Assembly (NCBI GenBank): GCA_009914755.4 | Contig: CP068257.2 | Coordinates: forward strand, 20,352,001-20,416,000 | Source: the human T2T-CHM13v2.0 reference genome, Homo sapiens | Length of the DNA: 64,000 bases | Direction: 5' to 3' | Part shown: positions 14,851 to 28,552 of the stretch, one piece after another | How the letters are laid out: every line of letters starts with the position of its first letter | Position numbering within the stretch: the stretch's first letter is position 1 | Notes under the pieces: generated by a model | What the model was told of the DNA's origin: nothing | Seen by the model: only the letters and a program-made list of their open reading frames with translations | Database searches by the model: none | Position numbers and translations under genes: made by a program

Positions 14851-15307
14851 ATGGAGTCTGGGTTTTTATATTTATAGATTTTTCCTTTCTTTTTTTTTGG
14901 AGTTTCTCATTTTTTATTAAATTGTACTCAAGTAATAGCCTCTGTGGAATTGAAAATTAAGGATATTTGCTCTCCACTACAAATAATTTGGAAAGCAATG
15001 GTTTAGCCAGTATTTTCAATAACTGTTAACTGACAAACTAGATCAAGACCGCAAAGTTAACAAGACGCCAACATCTCAGCAAATAGGAGAGGTGTCTAGA
15101 AAACGGCACAGGTTGCCAAAATTTAGGACTGCTGGTTTAACTTGATTCATCCTTTAAGTTCCTTTCTTCATTTTGTTTGCAGATAGACTTCGTGTTTGGC
15201 TCACTTTTAATGAGATCTTCTCATTATCTACTATGCAAGTATGTATGAGGATATTTTTTAAATACACTTATATTTATAGGTTTCAAATATTTCCTTTTCT
15301 TAGTCCT

Positions 15308-15648
15308 TGTATTAGTCCACTTACATGCTGCTGATAAATACTACCCAAGACTGGGAAGAAAAAGAGGTTTAATTGGACATGGCTGGGGAGGCCTCAGAAT
15401 CGTGGCGGGAGGAGAAAGGCACTTCTTACATGGCAGCAGCAAGAGAAAATTAGGAAGAAGCAGAAGTGGAAACCCCTGATAAACCCATCAGATCTCCTGA
15501 GACTTATGTACTATCATGAGAATAGCACGGGAAAGACTGGCCGCAATGATTCAATTACCTCCCCCTGGGTCCCTCCCACAACATGTAGGAATTCTGGGAG
15601 ACACAATTCAATTTGAGATTTCAGTAGGGACACAGCCAAACCATATTG
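15308..15648 (-). repeat. MaLR (THE1/MST-type) LTR, left copy
   Basis: See the parent element; begins tgtattagtccacttacatgctgctgataaata, ends ..cacagccaaaccatattg. Confidence 0.75.
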
Positions 15649-16680
15649 TTCCACCCTCGCCTCCTCCAATTCTCATGTCCTCATATTTCAAAACCAATTA
15701 TGCCTTCCCAACAGTCTCCCAATGTCTTAACTCATTTTAGCATTAACCCAAAAGTCCACAATCCAAAGTCTTATTTGAGACAAGGCAAGTCCCTTCTGCC
15801 TATGAGCCTGTAAAATCAAAAGCAAGCTAGTTACTTTCTAGATAAAATGGGGGTACAGGTATTGGGTAAATACAGCTATTCCAAATGGGAGAAATTGGCC
15901 AAAACAAAGGGATTACAGGGCCCATGCCATTCTGAAATCCAGCAAGGCAGTCAAATTTTAAAGCTCCAAAATTATCTCTTTGTCTCCAGGTCTCACACAC
16001 AAGTGACACTGATGCAAGAGGTGGGTTCCCATGGTCTTGGGCAGCTCCATCCCTGTGACTTTCCAGGGTACAGCCTCCCCCCCGGCTGCTTTCATGGGCT
16101 GGCATTAAGTGCCTGTGGCTTTTCCAGGCACATGGTGCAAGTTGTAAGTGGATCTACCATTCTGGGCTCTGGAGGATGGTGGCCCTCTTCTCACAGCTCC
16201 ACTAGGCAGTGCCCCAGTAAGGACTCTGTGTGGAGGCTCTGACCACACATTTCTATTCTGCACTGTCCTAGCAGAGGTTCTCCTTGAGGGCCCTGCCCCT
16301 GCAGCAAACTTTTGCCTGGGCATCCAGGCATTTCCATACATCTTCTGAAATGTAGATGGAGATTCCCAAACCTCAATTATTGACTTCTGTGCACCTGCAG
16401 GCTCAACACCATGTGCAAGGTGCCAAGGCTTGGGGCTTCCACCCTCTGAAGCCACAGCCCAAACTCTGTGTTGGCCCCTTTCAGTGTGGCTGGAGCAGCT
16501 GAGAAACAGAGCACCAAGTCCCTAGGCTGCACACAGCACAGGGACCCTGGGACCAGCCCACAAAACCACTTTTTCCTCCTGGGCCTCAGGGCCTGTGATG
16601 GGAGGGTTTGCCATGAAGATCTCTGACATGGCCTGAAGACATTTTCCCCATGGTCTTGGGGATTAACATTAGGCTCCCTA

Positions 16681-16988
16681 GGCCGGGTGCAGTGGCTCAT
16701 GCCTGTAATCCCAGTACTTTGGGAGGCCAAGGTGGGCGGATCAGGAGGTCGGGAGATCCAGACCATCCTGGCTAATACGGTGAAACCCCGTCTCTACTGA
16801 AAATACAAAAAATTAGCTGGGCATGGCGGCAGGTGCCTGTAGTCCCAGCTATTCTGGAGGCTTAAGCAGGAGACTGGTGTGAACCCAGGAGGCGGAGCTT
16901 GCAGTGAGCTGAGATCACGCCACTGCACTCCAGCCTGGGCAACAGAGCGAGACTCCATCTCAAAAAAAGACAAACAAAACAACACGAC
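16681..16988 (+). mobile_element. Alu SINE nested in the MaLR internal region
   Basis: ggccgggtgcagtggctcatgcctgtaatcccagtactttgggaggccaaggtgggcggatcaggaggtc... Flanking direct repeat ATTAGGCTCCCT / ATTAGGCTACCT. Confidence 0.95.
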
Positions 16989-17549
16989 AACAAAAAATTA
17001 GGCTACCTGCTACTTATGCAAATGTCTGCAGTGGGCTTGATTTTCTCCTGCAAGATGAGTTTTTCTTCTATATAGCAGAGTCAGGCTGCAAATTTTCCAA
17101 ACTTTTATGCTCTGCTTCCCTTATAAAACTGAATGCCTTTAGCAGCACACAAATCACCTCTTGAAAGCTTTGGTGCTTAGGAATTTCTTCTGCCAGATAC
17201 ACTAAATCATCTCTCTAAAGATCAAAGCTTCACAAATCTCTAGGGCAGGGGCAAAATGCCACCAGTCTGCTAAAACATAACAAGAGTCACCTTTGCTCTA
17301 ATTCCCAACAAATTTCTCATCTCCATCTGAGACCACCTCAGCCTGGTTTTTATGGTCCATATTGCTATCAGCATTTTGGGCAAAGCCATTCAACAAGTCT
17401 TTAGGTGGTTCCAAATTTTCCCACATTTTCTTGTCGTCTTCTGAGCCCTTCAAACTGTTCCAATCTCTGCCTCTTACCCAGTTCCAAAGTCACTTCCACA
17501 TTTTCGGGTATCTTTTCAGCAACACCCCACGATACTGGTACCAATTTAT

Positions 17550-17898
17550 TGAATTAGTCTGTTTTCACACTGCTGATAAAGACATACCCGAGACTGGAAA
17601 GAAAAAGAGGTTTAATTGAACTTACTCTTCTACATGCCTGGGGAGGCCTCAGAATCATGGCAGGAGGCGAAAGGAGCTTCTTACATGGTGGTGGCAAGAG
17701 AAAAATAAGAAGCAAAAGCAGAAACCCCTGATAAACTCATCAGATCTCCTGGGATTTATTCACTATCATGAGAATAGCACAGGAAAGACCAGCCCCCATG
17801 ATTCAATTACATCCCCCTGAGTCCCTCCTACAACGTGGGAATTCTGGGAGATACAATTAAAGTTGAGATTTGGGTGGGGACACAGTCAAACCATATCA
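17550..17898 (-). repeat. MaLR (THE1/MST-type) LTR, right copy
   Basis: tgaattagtctgttttcacactgctgataaagacatacccgagactgg...gacacagtcaaaccatatca. Confidence 0.75.
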
Positions 17899-18380
17899 GT
17901 CTTCTACCTATTTCATGAGAATAGTTGATACACAAGTGACATTATTCAGTCTCTATATTATAATATTGCAGAATTTAACACCACTGATATTGATCCTATT
18001 CTTATTATAATTCCACAGTTAGTTGCAATTTCTTTGCTCATACCCTAATTAGAAGAAAGTATACTTTCTTCAGTACCTATCAATGCATTACAGAATGGTT
18101 CCCATGCATGTCATTCCTGCGGTCTTCTTGGTGAAATTCCAACTCAGAAATTACTTGTTTTTTTAAAAAATGTGGATAATAAAAATGCTCTTTAAGATTT
18201 AAATATTGTATTGATTTCTAATGCTGAACCACTTAAAATAAAAAAAAATTAATTAAGTGCTGGGATTACAGGCGTGAGCCACAGCACTCGGCCACTATTT
18301 ATTTTTTAAGCAACTTTTATGTGATATAAATTGCTTTTATGCTTCTCCAAGACTGAAATCCTAAATAAAATAATATGTTA

Positions 18381-18675
<295 letters not shown>

Positions 18676-19362
18676 TTACAACTTTAGTGGTGTACTTATT
18701 TTGTTCATATTTTATTTTAAATCACACATTCAATACTTGAAATGGAAAAACGATCTTTGTTTTTTGATTCTTTTAAACTTCTGTATACCATTTTTGGTAT
18801 AAGTATCCTTAAAAATCAGAGATTTTTTCTAATTTTTCTAATTAATCTATTGTGTCAACAATAGATAATTTTTACATGTTTTTAAAGTTCAAAATAAGGA
18901 ATACTCTAAATTTGTTTATCTATTGTCATTATTTACTGAGTTATATGGTAGCAATGAAAAAATAATTAAAAAGTACAAGAATAAGAGTATCTGAGGAATT
19001 CCACCAAATTGACAAAATTTTGGAAGTACAATTTTGGGAAACTATAAATTAGTAAAGTAAATTCCTTTATATGTAATGTACTGGGAATCCAGCCAAAATA
19101 GCATTTTTATTTTTCTTAGTCTACAAAGAACCCCTTGCTCCAGGAAAGCAGTAGAGGCAAAATTGGTGGAAAAGGAAGGCAATGCAAGGAAATCTCTTTT
19201 TTTCTCTCTAAAACGATGACATTTCTCTGAAGTTTTGACTTACACATTTTTCTATCTTTTAAGTATCATGGTTATATGTATAAAGTTTATATTTTGTACT
19301 GAACATTAAGTCACAGTAGAAAATTTACATTAAACAACATTTAGACTAACTGCTTATGTTAA

Positions 19363-19860
19363 CCCTTTACTCGTTTGCCCAGAGAATACTCCCCGGCAGC
19401 ACTTGCACTCTAGATAACTTTGCCACGATATATCTTGCTTTTATTGTTACTTTGGCATCGCTGTAGTTTATTGACTTTGGAAACAAAAGACATCATTCTA
19501 TTTATAGCATTCTGTTTTTAGTAGTGGTATTTCAATTTACAAAATACAGTAATTCTCAATTGCTGAAAATGTCAACTCCTAGAAAACGTAGCTCCTTCTC
19601 GTGCTGTTAACATCGTTCTCGAACAGCTGTTCGCGGAAGATTCATTTGATGAATCTGATTTTTCCAAAATAGATGATTCTCATGATTCAGATGATTCTGA
19701 TGTTAGTTCTGATTACGAATAACTCCAAGAACAGTTTTTATATTCTATTTCCTCATTGAAAATCAGTTAGATTTGGTTTAGCTTCAAAGAGCATGTTTAC
19801 GTAAAATTAAATGAGTACTGGCAGTGAGCTGCACTTTTTTATTTCTAAACAAGAAAAGGG
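19363..19860 (+). mobile_element. piggyBac-superfamily DNA transposon, internally deleted (PGBD4/MER85-related), flanked by TTAA target-site duplications
   Basis: TTAA (19359-19362) | CCCTTTACTCGTTTGCC ... CTAAACAAGAAAAGGG | TTAA (19861-19864). The termini are imperfect inverted repeats (CCCTTTACTCGTTTG versus CCCTTTTCTTGTTTAG). Inside is the N-terminal coding remnant of a piggyBac-type transposase. CpG content is unusually high for this AT-rich context (about 12 CpG in 498 bp). Confidence 0.65.
19569..19722 (+). pseudogene. piggyBac-derived transposase N-terminal remnant (frameshifted, then lost through the internal deletion)
   Basis: ATG at 19569 gives MSTPRKRSSFSCC*. After a +1 frameshift the reading continues [40 protein letters not shown]. 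From memory this resembles the N-terminus of human PGBD4 ([30 protein letters not shown]..); the comparison is not verified against a database. Confidence 0.55.
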
Positions 19861-19961
19861 TTAAATCTTATATAATTCAAGTTTATTGGTAGTATCAACA
19901 GTACTGATAGTAGTAATTGTAATCATAGGATGGTGGCACTAATTACAAAAAGGTATTGGTA

Positions 19962-20300
19962 ATAATAGCTAAGGATTATTGAGTGCTTACCCTGTGATTA
20001 GAATGATGCTAAGCTCTTTGAATTTATAATCACTTTTTTGCCTATCACAATAGGTGAGAGGCATTATTATTTAAGTGAGAGCCATAATATATTTTATGGG
20101 ATGCATTTAGAATGAACAAGAATGAAGCTGGCAACACCAAAGAAGAGGCTCTGCATTGGGTAGATATTGAGGGTTTGGTTAAGGCTGAATGCTAAGAATA
20201 TGTTGAGAAACAGAAAGGTCACGCAGACGATGAGTGATAAAGCTCGTTCGAATGCGGGTCTCATGATCACGGGTCAACGTGCTTAACCATTCAGCACCTT
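19962..20300 (-). mobile_element. MIR (mammalian-wide interspersed repeat) SINE, minus orientation, nearly complete
   Basis: The minus-oriented MIR consensus (..tattgagcgcttactatgtgccaggcactgttctaagcgctttacatgtattaactcatttaatcctcacaacaaccctatgaggtaggtactattattatcc..aaggtcacacagctagtaagtggcagagccgggattcgaacccaggc..gtgctcttaaccact) aligns to tattgagtgcttaccctgtgattagaatgatgctaagctctttgaatttataatcac..cctatcacaataggtgagaggcattattatt..aaggtcacgcagacgatgagtgataaagctcgttcgaatgcggg..gtgcttaaccatt. Confidence 0.7.
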
Positions 20301-20419
20301 TTCATTGGTTCTAATAAGTGGTAGTATATGCAGTAGCTAAGATTCTTAATTCTGGGGTCAGACTTTCTTGCTTTAAAGTTTCTTTCGACCACAGCTGTCT
20401 ATTCACTAGGCTGATGTTG

Positions 20420-20585
20420 GATAAATTACTTCATTGATCTATGCCTTTGTTTTCGCATATGTAAAATGGAGATGATAATAGGGACTCCTTACTAAGATAG
20501 GTGTAAAGATGACATGGATTTATAGCTACCATATATTTGAAAAGTTTCAAAGAGTGCCTGGCACATAGTAAGCACTGCGTGTTTG
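20420..20585 (+). mobile_element. MIR SINE, partial (core plus 3' region), plus orientation
   Basis: ttggataaattacttcattgatctatgcctttgttttcgcatatgtaaaatggagatgataatagggactcc..agagtgcctggcacatagtaagcactg, versus MIR ..GCAAGTTACTTAACCTCTCTGTGCCTCAGTTTCCTCATCTGTAAAATGGGGATAATAATAGTACC..ACAGTGCCTGGCACATAGTAAGCGCT. Confidence 0.8.
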
Positions 20586-21654
20586 CTATCATTTCTTAAG
20601 GCCCAATTCCCTATTGGGAAGGCTGAAAGCTTTGTAGGTTTATAGTTTATATGATTCTTTGACACTTTTTTAGCAGTTTATTTGTTTTATTGGTTACATA
20701 GTTATATTTATTTAGACATAGCTAACTAATATTATAAGACACCATAATTGCATTTTATCCAGGTAGAAGCAATAGTTATACAATCATTTCTTTTAATGCC
20801 ATCAGCAAATAAAGGTGGAAGGCAGGTAAAATTTTTTTAAATGCTGTGTCTAGATATTTCTAACACGTTTTTCTAGCCAGATGTGGATTTGAGATTTTAA
20901 AAGCACATATACTACTTGGTATAGGTGATTCTAAAAAGAGCAGTTGTCAGTATTTGTAACATTATCAATTGTTAATGCGCAAAATAAAGTATCCAGAAGA
21001 CAGAAGAGGAGACGGCATAGACATTCTCTTCGGGCAACAGGACTAGCAGGTTTACTATGAGTTTTACAACCCAAAGCGAGTATGTTTCTAAAATCTTGCA
21101 TATGGCTTTGCACATGAGTAAGTGAAAATGTGATGTTATAAGGTGATAGCAGCTTTGCATTCCTGTCCAAAATAAACATTTTAAGATACATTGTGTAGAC
21201 GTGCTCCTTGGGGAATGGAATTAAATAATTTTCTTTAGCAGCCAACCAGTAAAACTGAGACTCTGTTATCAGAACAGAGAGTATCTACTGCAAATTTCCA
21301 GATACTTTCAGTAAAATCTATTTATGATATAAGGCATTTATAGAATTGATTTAGCCATTGATATGAGCTGAAAAATTTATATGTTGAAGTCTTAACACCA
21401 GTACTTCAGAAAGTGACCATGTTTTGAGTTAGGGTGTTTACACAGGTAATAAAATAAGGCCTTTAGAGTGGGCCGTAGTCCAGTATCACTGATGTTCTTA
21501 TAAAAAAGAGGAAATTTAGACACAGATGTACAGAGGAAAGACAGTGTGAAGACACAGAAAGAAGACAGCCACCTACAAGCCAAGGAATGAGGTGAGGCTG
21601 GACAAAATTTTTCCTCACGGTCCTCAGCAGGAATCAACTCTGAAAATACCTTGG

Positions 21655-24330
<2,676 letters not shown>

Positions 24331-27097
24331 TCCTGTAGGGATGGCCCAGATGCAAGATACTGTGAGTAAACAAGTGTAGAGTGTATTTTATTCCCTTAAA
24401 TAATTCATCAAATTGAGGTAATAAATAAATAAATAAATAATCAAATAAATTATAATACATCATTATAAATGCGATAATACCTAGACAGTGTTATAGTATC
24501 ACGAAGATAGGCGGAGGGCGAGAAATTCAAGCAGAGGAGTGAGAAGTCATTGCCTACTTCTGGTTTTGAAGCAGATGGGCCATTTGCTATAATTAAAGTA
24601 GAGATGTGTAAGAAACTGCCTGTTCTTCATTGTCTGGCCTCCTGGAGAGAACTTTTACCTTTGTTCCAATTTAATTTGGACTCGTCAGAGAAGTCATTAT
24701 TTCCAGACCCACCAATTGGGTGGTGCTAAAAGAACATTACATTCTTATTTTATACATGATACAAGTCTCTATTGTACAGTATGAGTTTTTATAACCTTGG
24801 ATATGAATGACTGATTAATTAGATATCACAAATTACATACTTAAAGCTGCTGTTGGTTTGAATGACTAACAAAAGGAATCTACACCTTGCACGTCAGAAA
24901 AATCAGAATAATTCAAATATCCATCATTAACCCTGTCATTCTTCTTTATTCCTTTGGCCAATGTAGGATGACCTGCAACAAAAATAAAGTAAGATCAGGG
25001 CTAGAGGTGACAGAGGTTTGTTTGCAGATTGAAGAGAAATGAAGAAAGTGATGTTTTTATTTTTTCAGTTTTGACCTAGATAATTTGGATTTTCTTGTAA
25101 TAATTGTAATAATGAAATGGTTGTTACTGAAGTTATTTAATAAAATTGGTTATTGCATGTCTGACCCCTCAGTTCCTCATTGAAACAAAAGTTTTAAGAC
25201 CTTTCTAGATCATGTAAGATTTCTCAAGAGTGCAAGTATGACATTATCAAGGGAAATGCATTTTATTTCTGAACACAACTAAAAATTCAGGTAGATATAG
25301 GTCTGAAACTTACATGGTACCTAACACATATAATTAATTTTGTAAATGACTGACTCATGAATACTATGAAAATTATAATTACAAGATAAAAATATCAGAT
25401 ATGATATTCCATACATATACTTATATCACCTTGTATCAATCACTAATATATTTTAACTTTGGAAGCATTGGCTTTAGTAAGGAGATATGTGTGTGTAGTT
25501 ATAAACATATATTTATATGCATTTTGATATTATATTTACATGCATTTTGATATTAAGCATTATTATTTTTTGTTCTGGGAAAAGAAAAAGTCCTCTATCA
25601 TTTATTAATTTTAAAAATTGAGTTTTAGTGGCCTGCATAATCTTACATTAGTACATTGAATTTGTAGGTATACATTCTTGCAATATATTCACTATATATT
25701 AGAAAAATGTCTATAGACTTCATGAAACACAGCTGTGGTAAAGTAGGTCAAAATTCTTTTCATAACAAATCTAATGTGTACTTGAATATAACATTTATTA
25801 AGAAAATTAGAACTCTTTCTTATAATCCAGGTCAATGCCAAGCTTACTTTGGAAATGTGAAGTGAAACATTAATTTACTTAAATTATTTATTTGAAAGCA
25901 TAAAATATTTTAAGTACTGGTTTGGTAAACTATTCAAAGAATTGATGCGAAAAGGTAGTATTTACTTCATTTATAAGATAATTTATCTACTCTATTTTAT
26001 TAATAGATTTTAAACTTGGCCAAAAAAATGGATAGACATACATTTTGTAAAGAAGTGTGTTTTTAATTTACCTTCTCATAGCAATATAGAATAAACACAA
26101 TTATCTAATGTGCTTGAGTTTTAAATATTGAGGCCTTATCTGTCTTTTTAAATGTAATTATGTCAATATATTTTACATTTTTTAAGGGTTGTGTTAAATA
26201 TTGGTCAAAATTGTAGACACTTTAATTTTATTGATTGTAGAAAAACAACACGGAGGAGTTTCTGCACTGGAACACAAGCCTTCCGCCTGCCCCACAGGCC
26301 ACCCAGCCACCAGTATGGTTTTTTGTGCTGTGGTGAGAGGATGGGGTATGTGCTACTTATCCTCATTCCACACTATGTGATTCCAATTTTATTCTGGGTT
26401 CTGGTGCACAAAAGGGTGAGTCTACGAATAGACCAACTTTGAAGGACTTACAAAGGTAGACATATATTATCTATACACATCAAATTGTTTTATAAAAGTG
26501 CATTGATCAAAATTGTACCTTTATATATAAGAAGAAGCAATGTAAACTGCCTGGTTAAAAATTATTCACTAAATTTTGGGTATGCATATTCACTATTGGG
26601 ATGAATATAGAAGTAAAATAACAACAAAAACACATCAAACTAAAAACTTTGCATTGGGTATACTTTTGGTGCCATTTGCACATGCTTTCTACTTGCCTTA
26701 GATTGGCTTGATCACACTTGCTCCCTGAGCTTTTTGTTCAGTAAATAGCATTGGCTAGCTCTACCATTGCCTGGTGCCCTAAGACAGGCATGTTATTCTC
26801 TCCAGAGGAAACACAGGCAATATTTGTGCTTGCAAAAGATAGAAGGGCATCTCTTTGCCAATTAAGGCACGGATTTCAAAAGTGAGTCCCATGAGATTGC
26901 ACCCACATTGAATACTTGCATTTAAGCTTTACCTCTATTTTTCTAGAGTATCCAGGTTATAAAATGTCTGCATCTGAAAAAGTCTTATATTATGCTTTTT
27001 CTATAAAAACCCCAACAAGCTTCAGCTTTTGTTATATAGATACAGAATATAATTTATATGAATTAATTTTAATAAAATATTTATTTCATTTACATGT

Positions 27098-27500
27098 TGT
27101 ATTAGTCAGGGTTCTCTAGAGGGACAGAACTAATAGGATATATATACATATATATATATCTGAACATGTATATGTATAAAGAAGAATTTATTAAGTATTA
27201 ACTTACATGATCACAAGGTCCCACAATAGGCTGTCTACAAGCTGAGGAGCAAGGAGAGCCAGTGCAAGTCCCAAAACTGAAGAACTTGGAGTGCAATATT
27301 TGAGGGCAGGAAGCATCCAGCATGGGAGAAAGATGTAGGCTGAGGGGCTAGACCAGTCTCTCCTTTTTACGTTTTTCTGCCTGCCTTATATTCCCTGGCA
27401 GCTCATTAGATGGTGCCAACCAGATAAATGGTAGATCTGCCTTCTCCAGCCCACTGACTCATCCTTCAATCCAATCAAGTTGACAGTATTAACTATCACA
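27098..27500 (-). repeat. ERVL-type LTR (3' LTR of the provirus)
   Basis: tgtattagtcagggttctctagagggacagaactaataggatatatat...ccaatcaagttgacagtattaactatcaca. Confidence 0.7.
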
Positions 27501-27873
27501 AGTCCACCCCTTGTCAACTTGAACTCATACACATCTGAGATCATACATAATCTTCAAATAAAGACAATAATAAGGTCCTAATTATGCCTAACATACTATA
27601 ACTATCCTTCATACAACCAGAAACACACCAATCCCCAACTCAAATACTATTACATAAAGTTAACAATACTTAAATGCTGACGTGAAGTCAGTAAGTATTA
27701 TGACATATGATAAAGGAAAAGGAAATAAAATAAAGATGATTTCTTAGTACAAGTGTATACATGCACAAACATGTTTTTAACAAAAGAAGGAGGAAATTCT
27801 CATGACAGTTATAGTCCCCATTTCTGCAACTGGTCACATGGTCATAACTGGTATTGATGACTACCTTCTTCTA

Positions 27874-28391
27874 CTACCCATTCTGTATTCCCTTTGCCTT
27901 CAGCAAGCACCTCAGCAGGTCATGGTTTTTTTCCCTGGTGGGAGTTACCCAAACCTTTATTCCTGAGGGGTCTGGGCCATTCGTAGTCCTGCCTGGATTG
28001 GGCTGTTGTAGTTTCCCATGGACCTTAATCACAGGACATGGTAATACTAAGAGATGTCTTAATGGTCTCCTGTACTCCATGCATACTCCTTACCTCCATT
28101 GTGGAGTAGTAGACTGATTTCATCTTGATAATCTGGGCCAACCACCCCATCCAACACTGTAACTCCCTTCTTTGCCTATTGACTTAAAAGTAGGAGGAGC
28201 CCAAAGTGTCCAGGTGGCAATCTTAACTTCCAGTTTAATGGAATTCTTGTTGTGTCTCCTGGTGGCAGCATTCCTCCCTCTGGAACTAAGAAGTCTAGGC
28301 CAGCAGAACATAGTGTCATGGGAATAGGAAGCAAAAATTGTCCTAGTGAATCCCTAGGGGTGATGGTGAGTGGTGCCACTTCAACTTCCAC
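27874..28391 (-). pseudogene. Retroviral dUTPase domain remnant, C-terminal to integrase
   Basis: Minus-strand ORFs: ..CSAGLDFLVPEGGMLPPGDTTRIPLNWKLRLPPGHFGLLL.. (dUTPase motifs 1 and 2) and ..LLVLPCPVIKVHGKLQQPNPGRTTNGPDPSGIKVWV (motifs 4 and 5). Confidence 0.7.
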
Positions 28392-28552
28392 CCCTTGATT
28401 CCTGGGCCCATGAATCCTGGCTATGAGAGAAACAGTACCATATATTGGATGCTGGTTTAGAGCATACGCAACCTTCTGGAGAACTTTGCCTCAGCCCTGC
28501 AAGTATTGTCACCTAGTTGGCATTGTAACTGTGCCTTCAAAAGGCTGTTCCA

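Larger units (their letters stand above)
15308..17898 (-). mobile_element. Full-length MaLR retrotransposon (THE1/MST-type): LTR, about 1.6 kb non-coding internal region, LTR, with a nested Alu
   Basis: Both ends carry about 345-bp copies of the reverse complement of the THE1/MST LTR (tgtattagtcc..ctgctgataaa..gactgg..aggtttaattg..ggggaggcctcagaatc..cccctgataaa..tcatgagaatagcac..attcaattacctccc..gtccctcc..gagatttg..cacagccaaaccatat). The 5 bp outside the two ends are gtcct and gtctt (a 4/5-match target-site duplication, as expected for ERVL/MaLR). Assigning the minus orientation assumes the Repbase THE1 consensus runs TGATATGG..AATACA. Confidence 0.75.

Noticed and set aside
15847-16766. ORFs of 116-131 aa inside the MaLR internal region
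   Set aside because: MaLR internal sequence is non-coding (non-autonomous). The ORFs are on alternating strands and have no recognisable domains.
19569-19610. Treating MSTPRKRSSFSCC* as a genuine micro-ORF or small protein
   Set aside because: It is the frameshifted start of a piggyBac transposase remnant inside a TTAA-flanked transposon. The downstream frame continues the transposase sequence, so this is a pseudogene.
20215-20300. Possible tRNA gene (GTTCGAAT B-box-like motif, CpG-rich)
   Set aside because: No cloverleaf can be drawn: the T-stem is not complementary, and there is no A-box or acceptor stem. The segment aligns to the tRNA-derived head of a MIR SINE on the minus strand.
26191-26442. 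83-aa ORF with a locally GC-richer segment (ctgcactggaacacaagccttccgcctgccccacaggccacccagccaccag)
   Set aside because: No splice-site context or recognisable domain. It resembles an LTR-like fragment more than an exon. I could not assign a family, so it is not reported as a feature.
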